Positions 25,791 to 37,560 of a stretch of DNA of 64,000 bases are shown here, piece after piece. Within the stretch, counting starts at the first letter, position 1. Each line of letters begins with the position of its first letter. The position numbers and the translations under genes were made by a program. The stretch is from assembly GCA_010093815.1 (NCBI GenBank), contig ML996567.1, one strand, 5' to 3'. The DNA comes from Pseudovirgaria hyperparasitica. Its lineage: Eukaryota. Below the pieces are notes generated by a model. That model searched no databases. It worked only from the letters and a program-made list of their open reading frames with translations, and was not told the origin of the DNA.

Positions 25791-26630
25791 TTAATCATCT
25801 GTGACTTTGCGTGTGAACTCGACTACCACCTCCAGAGCACTATTAAACTTTGTAGTCCAGCACCCGCTAATAATGTGGCCACACGCAAACTCGCTTACAT
25901 CTGGAAACTCCTCTCTCATGAAACGGGCAGTAATTTCATCGTCTTGCAGGCCATGGAACGGCTCCCGACCAGTCATGATGTAATACATAACAGACCCTAA
26001 CGCGAAGAGGTCCGTTTTTATGTTTGGTGTGGAAAGGGGATCTCTGGGAAGGAAGAAGGAAGTACTCTCCATTGCCTTTCCATCCAGTTCTCCATACAGG
26101 GAGCCAGCGAAGTCGCAGAGGCGAATATCAAGGTTTTCGTCCAGTAGGAAGTTATTTGGGTGGATGTCGCAGTGGATGACATTTCTGGAGTGGATAAATG
26201 CAATGCTCTCGGCCGCTTGTTGTGCCCATTTCTCTCGTTGCTGGATAGGAATGGATTTGAAGTCGGCCTTGGAAAAATAACTGCGAATATCTCCGTTGGC
26301 CTCAAAATGAAACCTAAGACCGTATTCGTGTTGGCCAAGGTACTTGACCAGCCTTTGGTGGTCTCCCAATGCTGTAAGGATAACGTGTTCGATTTCTAGA
26401 CTTCTAAGGGCCCAGCGGTCATCTCTGTCACGGACATATTTAAGGATTGATTTATCTGGTAGAAGAGCAAGTAGTGCGGTGTTACCACCGGACAGCACTT
26501 CCGATACCCCAGGAGGATACCATGGCTTGAGATATTTCACACTTGACTCCGGGCGACACGGATCGACATGGAACTGGCCATCCATCGGTACAGCCGATCC
26601 ATCAGAGAAGGTGGCAAGAGGCTTTGACAT
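25791..26630 (-). CDS. Intronless fungal protein kinase-like protein (279 aa)
   Basis: LKY (beta-3 Lys), LEIE (alpha-C Glu), IHCDIHPNNFLL catalytic loop, CDFAGS, TDLFALGS. Confidence 0.88.
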   Translation of the reverse strand: MSKPLATFSDGSAVPMDGQFHVDPCRPESSVKYLKPWYPPGVSEVLSGGNTALLALLPDKSILKYVRDRDDRWALRSLEIEHVILTALGDHQRLVKYLGQHEYGLRFHFEANGDIRSYFSKADFKSIPIQQREKWAQQAAESIAFIHSRNVIHCDIHPNNFLLDENLDIRLCDFAGSLYGELDGKAMESTSFFLPRDPLSTPNIKTDLFALGSVMYYIMTGREPFHGLQDDEITARFMREEFPDVSEFACGHIISGCWTTKFNSALEVVVEFTRKVTDD

Positions 26631-26710
26631 GACATACAGGCGATGAGAAGGGGCTTGTGCTGGCGGCGATCAACGTTGGTCGAAGTAGAAGAGCCTGTCC
26701 ACACTGTACG

Positions 26711-27231
26711 ATCCGTCGTTTTCCTAGAACCTGACGAGCTAGGACTGGTACACGCGTGTTCTCACCCCAATCTTCCTATAATAAGCCTTTTCCACTTTTA
26801 TACTTATCTATAAGTATATAAGAGTTTTAAAAGTAGATATAATAGATAATTAGATAAATCTCTATCTAGCTATAAGCTTATTTTATCTTTATAAGGCCTC
26901 TTTAAAGAGATAGAGAAGAGTCTTTAAATATTCTTAGAAGTTCTTAGAAGAGGGCCCGTGCGAAAACCGCGTCAGGTTCTAGGAAAACTACCCTCTTCCT
27001 CTTCTCTAAGAAATTAAACCCTCTTATTATAGACTATATTAAAGAGTTTAGAGCTTAAAAATTATATAGGAATAATCGCATTACTCTACTCTATAAGTCT
27101 ATATAGATATTATAATATATAGACCTCTATATAGAGGTAGAGAGGTAAAATAACCATCGAAGATTTGGGGTGAGAACACACGCGTGAGATGGAAAATGCC
27201 AAGCTCGTCAGGTTCTAGGAAAACGACGGAT
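26711..27231. mobile_element. Non-autonomous TIR (MITE-like) element with RIP-like AT-rich core
   Basis: Perfect 30-bp inverted repeat at 26711-26740 and 27202-27231; second near-perfect inverted pair ~26752-26774 and 27159-27185; TpA-rich interior. No TSD identified, so the true ends are uncertain. Confidence 0.7.
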
Positions 27232-27743
27232 GGCGTTGGTACTAGCGCCCAGAATCCCTGTCACATACTGCCGTTATTGTGTTTCCTAGCAGCGAAGAAC
27301 ACATGCTGTTACCAGCCAAGATATCCATTGTAGCCTAAGCTAAGCACTTCATCATCATCCATCTACTCCCCGGCAACTAAGATATTATGTTTCATCTATC
27401 TCCCTAGCGCTGTCCTTAAACCAACGACACCTTCCCACCCTGGCCGACACTGCAGTCAACGGGTCATAGATACGAAATGCCATGCTAAGCCCTGAAAATC
27501 ATGCAGTATTCTTTTTCCATCTCGCAAACTCTCCCCCGCCTCGTGTGCGACGTGTCACGTCACCGCCTCTGATATCAGTCTTTGTTTATGCTTTCCTTTT
27601 GGCGCATCTGGTCCAGTGTGTTCAGCATTGTATCGCATTCACAACTTACTGCACAAGACCCCCCAGACGAGCCACTGCTACACCCGCGCGCGTCTTTCCA
27701 TTCTTCGCGCTCTGATACATCTTCCGACTCGGAAGCATTAGCT

Positions 27744-29626
27744 ATGGACAATCTCTCCGAGAGACACAAGGTTCCCGGTACGCCACCAGATGTCGCTAAA
27801 CACTCCGATTCCACCGATGCAGACGGCCTTGAATCGCGCCTTTCAAGCAGCGAGGTGGATGACTATGACGGCGAGACCACGTTGTACAACAAGAAATGCG
27901 TGCTTGTGAACCGGCAGATCGACGCGATGGGCATGGGTAGGTACCAGTGGTACGTATGGACTTTGTGTGGAATGGGCTATGTTTTGGATCTGTTATGGGC
28001 GCTGGCGTTCGGATTGGTGTTGAGTCCTCTGCAACAAGAACTAGGGTTTGGAAGTGAGTCTTGTTGCTGTCGTGTTTCCTGTAAGGCTATGTGCGCTGAC
28101 AGGGACTGATAGATGACAAAAGTGGGAATATCTCAGTTGCATTCTCGGCTGGGCTTACAGCCGGTATGTCAAATCGCGTAATCAGAGTGGAAAGCTTATA
28201 TTGACTACCGACTAGGTGCATTTGTCTGGGGAGTGCTTGTTGACATTCTTGGTAACTCACGCCTGCTGGCCCATGTATCTCCTATTGATACTGACATAGC
28301 CCAGGCCGCCAATGGTCCTTTAATCTCACCGTTCTCTTCACTGGCGCGTTTGGAATTACTCTTGGTAGTCTCGACTCCTACACCTCCTTTCTCGTCATCA
28401 CCGCGTTTGTCGGCTTTGGCGTTGGCGGCAACATCCCTATCGACACCACCATCGTGCTTGAGTTCATCCCCCAGAATAAGCGCTTCCTGCTCGCTCTCCT
28501 CTCCGTCTTCCAGCCCGTGGGCTACGTACTCGCTGCTGCCATCGCATACGGCTTTATACCCTCGCACTCATGCAGCCCAAACTTCACTGCCGGCGACGAC
28601 GCCCTCCCGTCATGCCGTAACGTCGTCGACGGTACGCCATGCTGCACCAAAGCGTCTAACATGGGCTGGCGCTACGTGATGTACACTACTGGCGCAATCA
28701 GCCTCGCCGTCTTCGCGCTGCGCTTCGTCATCTTCAACTTCCGCGAAAGCCCCAAGTTTCTCATCTACCGCGGCCATGACGAAAAGGCCATTCGCGTCCT
28801 CGAACAAGTCGCCGATTTCAACGGCTCTTCGTGCACGCTCTCCATGGCTGACTTCGACACCCTCTCCCGCACCCATTCCCCGCCGACCCCTTCCTCCATC
28901 TCAACCATCCCAATTCTCAGCCACAGCACCAATACAACAACATCCCCTTCCACCATTTCCCGCCTCCGCCTAAACCTCCTTTCCGAAGCCCACCGCCTCG
29001 CCCTCCTCTTCAGCACACCTACCATGACCCGCCTCACGCTCCTCGTCTGGCTCACCTACATCTGCGACTTCAGCGCCTTCACTATCACCGGCACCTACCT
29101 TCCCCGTATCCTCGCCCTCAAAAACGCCCACCTCGACAAATCCCTCACCTACACCTACCGCAGTTACATCTACATCTACCTGCCCGCCATCCTCGGCGTC
29201 GCCGTCGCCGCATCCCTCTACCGCGCCCCACGCGTCGGCCGCAAATTCACCCTCGCCGCCTCCGCAGCCCTGATGGCCGTTTCCATCTTCGTCTTCGCCG
29301 CCGTAAACACCCCGGGCGCGAATATCGCGGCTAGTATCGCAAAGTACTTCTTTCAGCTCATGTTCAATGCTGTCTTGTACGGGTGGACTCCCGAGACGTT
29401 TCCAGCACCCGTGAGAGGCACGGCGTGTGGGTTGGCGAGCTTTTGGGGCAGGTTGAGCGGGATTGTGAGTCCGCTTGTGGCGCAGCATTTGTATGCGCGT
29501 GTGGGTACCGGTGGGGGTGAGGGTGATGCGAATGCGGTGTTGTATCTTGCTGGTGGGGTTATGCTGGGCTGTGTGGTTACGACGCTGCTGCTGCCTGGGA
29601 GTGTGGTTGGGAAGGATAGTTTGTAG
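27744..29626 (+). CDS. MFS transporter (SV2/sugar transporter-like), multi-exon
   Basis: GMGRYQWYVWTLCGMGY, VDILG|R, GGNIPID, GWRY, ESPKFL, VGRK, PETFPAPVRGTACG; several short GT-AG introns between 28054 and ~28303. Confidence 0.88.
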
Positions 29627-29800
29627 GCAGGTAGGAAGCCAGTCAGCTTGGATGAATATGAAATGGCATGAAATGAAATGGAAACCTCGATATGGTGCGC
29701 TTGGTATCGTGGATATAACGTTACTGCTTTATGTGAACTGTTGCGCTGCCTATGTGCAACGCTGTTTTGCTACGTGGCTGTGCCTGTGGAGTCGTGATAT

Positions 29801-30231
29801 GCTGTGCTGGATACTAGAAATGAGACCTCCTAGAGCCCGTGTGAAAGCTAATTTGCTGTGCTTGATACTAGATATAATAGCTCCGGTAGTTTGTACTGAG
29901 GCTAATTCGTTGTCCTGGATAGTAGATACAATACCTCATATAGCCCACTGAACAGTCGTTCACTGTGTTGGATACTGAAAATGAGACTTTCGATAGCCCG
30001 TGTAAAGGCTTAATTGCTATGCCGGATACGTGGTATTATACGTCCCATAATCCGTGTGAGGGCATGTTTGCTTTTCTGGATAGTACATATGACGCCATTT
30101 ACTGCCCCTGTGCATGGCTGTTTGCTGTACTGGCTATGCAAATATTGAGCTCCTGTAATGTAGCCAAATCGTCCTAAGTGGTGTTGGATACTAGGAAAGA
30201 CACAGAGCATAGCTGTTGTAAGATGTGCGTC
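29801..30231. repeat. Degenerate 54-bp tandem array, about 8 units
   Basis: Unit starts 29801, 29855, 29909, 29962, 30016, 30070, 30124, 30178, each beginning with a variant of GCTGTGCTGGATACTAGA. Confidence 0.8.
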
Positions 30232-30438
30232 TTCTACATGCTAGTGCGTTTGCTATACTTACGGCCATCTAAAATTACTGAATGCTTGGATGTGCACGAT
30301 AAAAATCACGACTATCACATGGAAGAACAGTGGTCATTATGTTTAGGTATCATGAAATTGCATTGCTTATTCTTCTGAAACCCTCTCCCAACTTGCTACC
30401 CAATGCGGCCCTGGGGGCGAGGTGCCGGGTGCGCGTCT

Positions 30439-31023
30439 TCAAACGGCGATGGCAAAGGCCAACGCACCGGCTCCCAGCACCATGGCACCGTTGGCCATGG
30501 TGCTGGCCACAGCTCCGTCGGTAGAGGGGACAGGGTGGTGGGCCGTCGTGGTGGTGGTGGACGGAGGGGCTGCGGAGGTCTCGGGGGCAGAGGACTCAGT
30601 CCTGGTGGACGAGTCTGAGAGGGTAGCAATTGAGAGGGCGCCAGAAACACCCGACGACGCGACAGACACCGTAGGAAGCAAGACAGCAGTGATGGACGGC
30701 CTGGGCGTTGGCTTGGGAGGGTTCCAGACGGTCTCGGAGCGCGGAGGGGGCGGGGTGCTGGCATTGGTGCACATCTGAATGAAGGCGATGGTGGTGGTGG
30801 ACACGATGTTGACGATGACAGTTGAGACGGCATGCGGGGCACCATAGTGCTGGCACTCTATGCGTTGTATCAGCAAGAGTGCTGAGGTGAGGTCAGGATA
30901 CAGAAGATCTTCCACTAAAAAGATCTTCCACTTACTCGAAGGCGCTTCAGCATCAGCAACAGCAACAGCGGCAGAACCCGCCAAAACAAACAGAGCGGCG
31001 GCAAGCAGAGTGAAGAGTTTCAT
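30439..31023 (-). CDS. Small secreted Ser/Thr/Pro-rich GPI-anchored cell-wall protein (probable intron ~30860-30934)
   Basis: Signal peptide MKLFTLLAAALFVLAGSA, S/T/P-rich body, hydrophobic C-terminal tail GAMVLGAGALAFAIAV. Confidence 0.72.
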   Translation of the reverse strand: MKLFTLLAAALFVLAGSAAVAVADAEAPSSKWKIFLVEDLLYPDLTSALLLIQRIECQHYGAPHAVSTVIVNIVSTTTIAFIQMCTNASTPPPPRSETVWNPPKPTPRPSITAVLLPTVSVASSGVSGALSIATLSDSSTRTESSAPETSAAPPSTTTTTAHHPVPSTDGAVASTMANGAMVLGAGALAFAIAV

Positions 31024-32051
31024 GTTGAGCATTGCGAGTGGTGTTGAATGAATATTGTGTCTTGTAATCTGACGTAGTGGTTAGCAAGGTTCAGCTCAGC
31101 AAATCAAACGTGAGAAGGGCGACAAACCGTTTGTGTGAAGATATTTGTGTGGTAAAGAAAGTAGAACAGAGAGAGACAGCAGTGAAGGTTTTATAAGGGA
31201 CGAACAGGACAGCGACAGTGCTGGCAGTCTGATCAGGTGACAGGAATGTGACACATAGGCTACTCGGCGAGCAAGTGAATTGAGCGGGAGGCATGCAAGG
31301 ATCGACTTACAGGACTCACCGAGTGAATTGGCGGAGTATTGGGTAGCGGTGTAGCTCGAGAGAGAATAAGGATGAAATGAAAGCACTTTGATACTGGAAC
31401 TTGACGGACAGACAACAAACAGCGATGCATACGACGTATTGCTCAGGGGGCGCCTTGAGGCTATATTGTGAGAACCTATGAAGGAGAAGAAAACATAAAG
31501 CATTTCGCATGTCACTCCAGCACGTGCATATCATCATATATCTTTGCGTGACTGACTCTCTATACCATTCCAATCATGTCGACTTCCCTGACAGTTGCTG
31601 CTCCTTTTTCGGGCTGCTTTGCGGTGTTTATTTCTTACAGCCTGAGGCAGAAAGTGAGTGCTGGCGGTGACATCATAATCGTATGTTGCTGCCTGCAGGT
31701 ATCAAGGCAGGTGTCAGGCAGGTGTTTACAGATCACCTCAACGGCTCCCTAATCCAGCTACCAGAAAAGGAGGACGAAGGAGGACGAAGGAGGAAAGAAC
31801 GAAGAAAGCAGTCGCCGAAGAGGTCACTTCAGTCAGCAGACTCGGAGGTCAAAACACCCGGCCCGTTCACGCACATCTGTATTTCTTCTCTTCCTCTCTT
31901 CCTCACACTCTCTCCCAACTTCATCCACAATCGTTCAGGTGTGTCCACACTCGATCAATTGCTTCATTCTTTGTCCTCTGTGACGCTTCAATTCTTCAGC
32001 CCTAGACAGCAGCCTCAGTTCGTCTTGGTCCCGTAAAGTCGATTGAGAAAG

Positions 32052-33066
32052 ATGTTGTTCTTCAAGACCGGTGCCATCGTCGTCGGTGTTGTGGCTCTTG
32101 CTGCAGCTCAGCGTAAGTCAATCCTGTGATTTCCATTGCTCTTTAGTGTTATTGAACACCTTGGACTGTGATGGGAAGTCCATTCAGATGACCACTTGCT
32201 GATCCTCAGAACCAGATATCGGCGCTCGCAAAGTCCATGTCGATCTCATTCCGGCAAACGCCACGTCAATCGTCTATGAGACGCAGTTGAGCACCATCTT
32301 CAGCTGTGCTCCGCATGTTCCCAACTGTCCTCACGATTCAACTATTGTGGTGACTTCAATCATTCCGATTGCAACTACCATTTGCCCTGTCACCTTGACT
32401 TCGACCTGGGTTGAGTCTTCTTTGGCTTCTCCTCCTGCACCAAGCAGCTACGGCCCTCCACCACCTGCTCCCAGCAGTTATGGTCCTCCTCCTCCACCTG
32501 CTCCCAGCAGTTATGGTCTCCCTCCACCACCTGCTCCGAGCAGTTATGGACCCCCTCCACCACCTCCAAGCAGCTATGGCCCGCCACCACCAATCAGCTA
32601 CGCGCCCCCAAGCTCTTCTGCTTCTTCTGCTTTGTTGCCCACCGAATACTCGACCTCTTCCATTGTGGTCACTCGCCCGGGACCTCCATCAAGCTACGGT
32701 ACTCCAGTTCCTTCGGACATCGTGACTCTTACTTTGAGCACTGCCAGCCCACCCCTGTCTTCTCCGATCAGCGAAGAGCCTGGATACCCTTCTCCTCCAC
32801 CATATGTCCCTCCTTACATCCTGACTAGCGAGAGCCATTCTGACAGGCCTGTGTCCATGAGCACCACCGAGGTTAGCATCGTCACTTTGCCCACCTTCGC
32901 TCCGAGCATCTCTCCGAATACTACCTTATCGGTGCCAACTCAGGCGAACGGTACTTCCACCGCGACTCCAACTCCCCCACCAGTCTTCGAAGGCGCTGCT
33001 TCTCTCGACAAGGTGGTCAATCTCGGACTGTTCGCGGCCACACTCTTCATTGCTTTCGTCATCTGA
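32052..33066 (+). CDS. Pro-rich GPI-anchored cell-wall protein (intron ~32113-32216)
   Basis: Exon 1 signal peptide MLFFKTGAIVVGVVALAAAQ; Cys motifs SCAPHVPNCP and TTICPVT; PPPPAPSSYG repeats; GPI-like tail GAASLDKVVNLGLFAATLFIAFVI. Confidence 0.8.
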
Positions 33067-33844
33067 TCTGGCTGAAGAAGTACCATCCGCCAAGGCGGTC
33101 ATCTCGAACGTAATTATGCTCTTCATGTTTACGATGTGGTATCTTCTCACTTTTTCTGTTGTCTTTGGGGAGCATCTGATACGTAGCTCTACTTGCTTTG
33201 TAACATTAGCTCTGCAGCTAGATATGTGCGCGTCTATAAAGACACTAATGAATCCCAATTGAGTTTGCAACACTCTGCCTTTGCGTGTCAATCATGCATA
33301 CCAAGGGAGATGCTCGAGCGATAGGACTAACTCGCTCTGGCGGGGGTGATTCTATATTATGATTGTGCGCAACCAGATTGGAACGCACGCGCGTGCATGT
33401 ATCCAGATCAGATCGCGCCGGGGAATAGATTCTGTGAAGCTGTGGTAGACTGGTCGTAAGTAGTTAGTGAGACGGTCAGATGGTCGGCCAAGTCGTGCTA
33501 GAGCTGTAGTTTCAACGACCGGCATCTTGGATTGCCATATATCTCAGAAGTAGCCAATCGAAACATTGCACTCAAGCCAGCTCCAACTCTTAGATGCCCT
33601 AGGTAAGTCACATATCGAGCTACATGGCGCCATTCTTCACGGCACGTCGGACTGGAGTATCTCTCCTCTTACCTCATAGTTAGCTACCCAAGGTGCACGG
33701 GAACTACTAAACACGAGGTAACGTCTGCTGCTTTGGTTGCTTATCAGGTGGTGTACATACAAAGATGCATGTTTAGCTAAGTCAGCGTCGTGGTCTTGAG
33801 ATAAGGTTGCATGGAATGAGCCTCATCAAGTTTCACAATCGGCA

Positions 33845-35290
33845 TTAGCTCTCACCGTCATCATAATCGCCTTCATCATTACCGTCGTCATCGTGCCCAT
33901 AATCGTCCTCGTCTGAAATTCCTGGGTATCGCAATCGCGGGAACTCGTCCGTAATATCCACCTCCTCCTCCCACCAGCACGTCGTGCCATCATCATGGAA
34001 CGCAAACCCGCTATCCTGATCTACCACAAACGCAGACGATGCGTCCCCATCGCTACTCCCTGCAAACCGCCAACTGTCTGGATGTACGGCAGTCCTGCCC
34101 GTGCGGCAGTTGACGACGAGAAGAAGGGGGGACTCGATCGAGCGTGGGAACGAGATGTATATTTTCTGTAGTCGTGGCATGTTTCGAGAGGCGCGCAAGC
34201 CTGCATGTAAGAGTGCTTTCACGAGCCGCCCCATATGTCGCTCTATATAGTCGCCATCGTCGTCGTCACCCTCGTTGTAATGTTCGTCGTCAAGACGGGA
34301 TGATGAGAGTACGGAGTCAGAAGCGTGCGCATGGCTTTCGACTTGCTTCGGCTCTCCTTCTGGGTTCTCCGCGTCTAACGATACACGTTGCGCACTGGCA
34401 GCAGTCGATCCCGGTAGCGCGCCCGATGAGGGAGCCCGGCAGCGCTTCGTGAGGAACTGATCCGGCGTCCACTTCTGCGTGAAAAACGGCTGATTCAGCT
34501 TGACGATTAGCGTTTCTAAGCGCGAACTTTTGCTATACGGCGAATTCAGACACGCAAACAGCCGCTGACACAAACACCGCATGCGCACGCGTGCGCTGTG
34601 TAGTGTTGGAAGCACCGGGCTCAGCGCCGCGCACACGCACTCGATCGTCTCGCCCGCATCCCCACGCCGCAATGCGTAGCTGCCGCACACATCGAGCGTG
34701 AGGTGCGCAAGCAGCGGCAAGCCACGCTCGCTCTTGAAAACCTGCAGTGCCGCAATACCACGACACAAACTCACCAATGTGGCTTGGTGCACGTAGTCCC
34801 AACGCGGGCCAAACTCGCGCTCGTCCTGCTGGCTCAGCTCGACGGCGAGTGAGTCTAGCGCCGTCAGACCAGCAAGCCTGTCGGAGCTGGCAAAGGCCTG
34901 AATAGCCGCGTTTGCAAAGTCGATCCACGTCTCTAGCGCCTCGGTGTCGGCGGGCTGGACGAAAGCACCCTCAGCGTCGTCGGGGCGGTACTGCTGGCGC
35001 AGATACTCGCCCCACGGGCCCTCGAGGCGGATAGTGAGGTGGGACACCTTTTTCGCGATGAAGGCATGCAGAGACGTGCCTGGCGCCGGGAAGCAGGCGA
35101 TGTCGGTGGCGGTCAGGGGCCAGGAGCCGATTGCGAGCGAGGCGTAGTAAGTGGGCAAAGCGAGCTCGAACCATCGTTTGTTGATGAGGAGAAGGTCGAT
35201 CTTGTGGGCGTGGATGTAGGGAGTCTTTTCGAGAATCGATAGAATTGAGAGAAGGAGTTCGGTCGGGAGACTCATGAGATTGGCTGGCAT
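33845..35290 (-). CDS. Hypothetical protein with N-terminal F-box-like motif and acidic tail
   Basis: 481-aa ORF beginning LMSLPTELLLSIL, followed by LLLINKRWFELALPTYY. Confidence 0.72.
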   Translation of the reverse strand: MPANLMSLPTELLLSILSILEKTPYIHAHKIDLLLINKRWFELALPTYYASLAIGSWPLTATDIACFPAPGTSLHAFIAKKVSHLTIRLEGPWGEYLRQQYRPDDAEGAFVQPADTEALETWIDFANAAIQAFASSDRLAGLTALDSLAVELSQQDEREFGPRWDYVHQATLVSLCRGIAALQVFKSERGLPLLAHLTLDVCGSYALRRGDAGETIECVCAALSPVLPTLHSARVRMRCLCQRLFACLNSPYSKSSRLETLIVKLNQPFFTQKWTPDQFLTKRCRAPSSGALPGSTAASAQRVSLDAENPEGEPKQVESHAHASDSVLSSSRLDDEHYNEGDDDDGDYIERHMGRLVKALLHAGLRASRNMPRLQKIYISFPRSIESPLLLVVNCRTGRTAVHPDSWRFAGSSDGDASSAFVVDQDSGFAFHDDGTTCWWEEEVDITDEFPRLRYPGISDEDDYGHDDDGNDEGDYDDGES

Positions 35291-35833
35291 GGCGAGGAAT
35301 TACTGCTGAAAATGAATGGTTTGCTTCCGAACGGGGAGCGATGTGAGAGAGGCATCTGATGATAGCCAGAGCCGTATAAAGGAATCTAATGACTATTGTC
35401 TATTCACGCATGACGGGAGGAAAAGAGCATCGCACGACATTAATGCGGCGTCACACCTACATATACGTTGATGTCTGACGTCCAATATGCACCATTCCTA
35501 GACCGACCTAGTGTGGAGGTTACATTTGTGGCCTGAGGCATTCGCACAGAACACTGAGCAAATCGAGCCTTGGTCAAGAGGAAAGAATTCTTTACAAAGT
35601 ACAAAGCTTCATTTTGGCGCGGGCCATTTGCTGTATCGAGACGAGCAGACGTATCATTTCTTTGACAGACCCAGGGTATCGTCATCTAACAGGCCACCAT
35701 TCAGACCAAGCCATGAGCGTAAGAATCGCCATACTAACCCGCCGCAGTCGTGCATTATAGTAGGTAAATCGAAAACGCCAGCGCTATGCGATGATGCCAG
35801 AAAAGGATTATGCCACTACATAGCGGAACGTCT

Positions 35834-37560
35834 TCAGCTGAATGCCGGGCGCAGGTCCTTGAGCTGAAATTCTAGCCCTTGTAATTCTATCACGTGCCCG
35901 GGTTTGCTGGCGTCCGTATAGATATTAGATACATCATGAGGATGAAACAGCCCTGTCTGCGAACAGTTTAGTATTGCTTTGAGTCCGGGAGGATCTGTCA
36001 ATCGAAAGACACCCCAACTAGAAAGTCATCAGCTGCAAGTCGAGACTGTAAGATGGTTCAGCTTACGATGGATCTTTGCTTGGTGCGCATACAATAGCAA
36101 CACTTTCTGCTAGCATGACTTGATAGCCACTATGAGTATGCAAGTCCCGACTACTCATGAAGCAGGTTTGCGAAGGGTGCGTGTGTATCCAGCCAAGCAC
36201 CATCAGACCTTCCTCGTCGCAATAATCGAACAAGGCTTCTTCATTCAGCGTCTCGCACGTATCAGAGGTACTTTTCTGTTCTGGTATCACGAGCTTGGAT
36301 ATGAATAGGGCGTTTGAGATGAGTGTCCCGCAAAGAACGCCACAAGTTTCGAGATTTGCCTGTGTGTTACGTGATGCAACAGACAGAAATCTTTCACGCA
36401 GACCTTCAGGGAGGAACAGCGGCCGCAAAGGAGACCCGTTCTCGAGATATGCGGTGGGTTTGAAAGTGTAGTCGCACGAATTGACTTCATTCGTCTCGAA
36501 TGTTGGCGTTTTGGCTCTGGAAGGTAAATTCGGACTCTCGATGATCTTCTGAGGAACCGGCGGCGGGCGTGATGATGAGTCGAAGAATAACTGTTGTATG
36601 GGCCTCGGGGGTAATTGTGGCGGTCTCTGCTCGACTCTTTGCGTTGTGGCAGGCGACTGTCGAATCTTGTTTGGAGGCACAGGAGCTTGTGAGAACTGAC
36701 TGCTAGCGCTTCGATGCGGCACTGATGGATAATGGTAGCTGGTGTCACGTTGATATTGTGGACTCCCAGTGCGTGGAGTGATACCTCGTGACAAATTTCT
36801 CCCAGTCTCTTGTATCCGCGAAGAGAGATCGTCTTTTTCGGGTGGTCTTGGGCCACCGGCAAGCTCTTCCTCCCAATCACCCCATATTCCGCCCACACGA
36901 CGTTCCTGCTCCTCTTCCTCAGATACTCCCGCTTGGCGAACACCGCGACGAGCACCGTCTCTTCTTCGTATTTCACGCTGTGCAAGTCTAGCGGCGAGTT
37001 GATGATTTTTTGTAGCTTCTATAGCCCGTGTCGAGCCATACATGGACGCATCTGTGAATTTAGCCGCATGCTCGCCATAGTGTAGATCATGCTTCTCCAC
37101 TCCACTATCATGTGGAGCTTGAGTCTGCGCACTTCGTGCCTTCTGATATTCGACGTAGCGCAAGTGCCTCTTCTCGATACGGGGCTTGAGTTGATCTAAC
37201 CGAGAGAAATTCTGCTCGACGACTTTGCGTGCCTGAACGAGTAATCTCGCCGTTTTCGGATCTTTGACCTGAGGATGTTTATCCAGCTTCTCCAGCACTA
37301 GGATAGCATGCCGCATGAGAAGGAGATAGGTCTGGGCATCGTTGCCTTCCCCCTCGTAGATCTGAGCCTGCTGGCTTGTCAATGACAGTGCCAAAAACGT
37401 TGCGCACAGTATCGCTTGCCTCCTTCTGGATTGTGTCGGCGCTGCGAAGCCAATAGCGGAGGGGAACCTGATCATTGTACTCAAAGTTACCAGCTTGCTT
37501 GCCAAGTTCCGGAATGCTCAATGCAGCCCCGGCAGTGGGTTTCGGGGACGCCGAAGACAT
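35834..37560 (-). CDS. sst2: AMSH/STAMBP-like JAMM deubiquitinase
   Basis: N-terminal YWLRSADTIQKEAQIY region, ETCGVLCG, JAMM motif GWIHTHPSQTCFMSSRDLHTH, last exon WGVFRLTDPPGL...FHPH; introns 37368-37419 (GC-AG) and ~36018-36066. Confidence 0.93.

Noticed and set aside
28850..29626. Strong switch from C-rich to G-rich sequence within the MFS gene
   Set aside because: The reading frame and MFS motifs are continuous; this looks like codon-usage skew, not an insertion.
29801..30231. CRISPR array interpretation of the 54-bp repeat
   Set aside because: Eukaryotic context, no cas genes, repeats are not identical, and the variable parts are related to each other.
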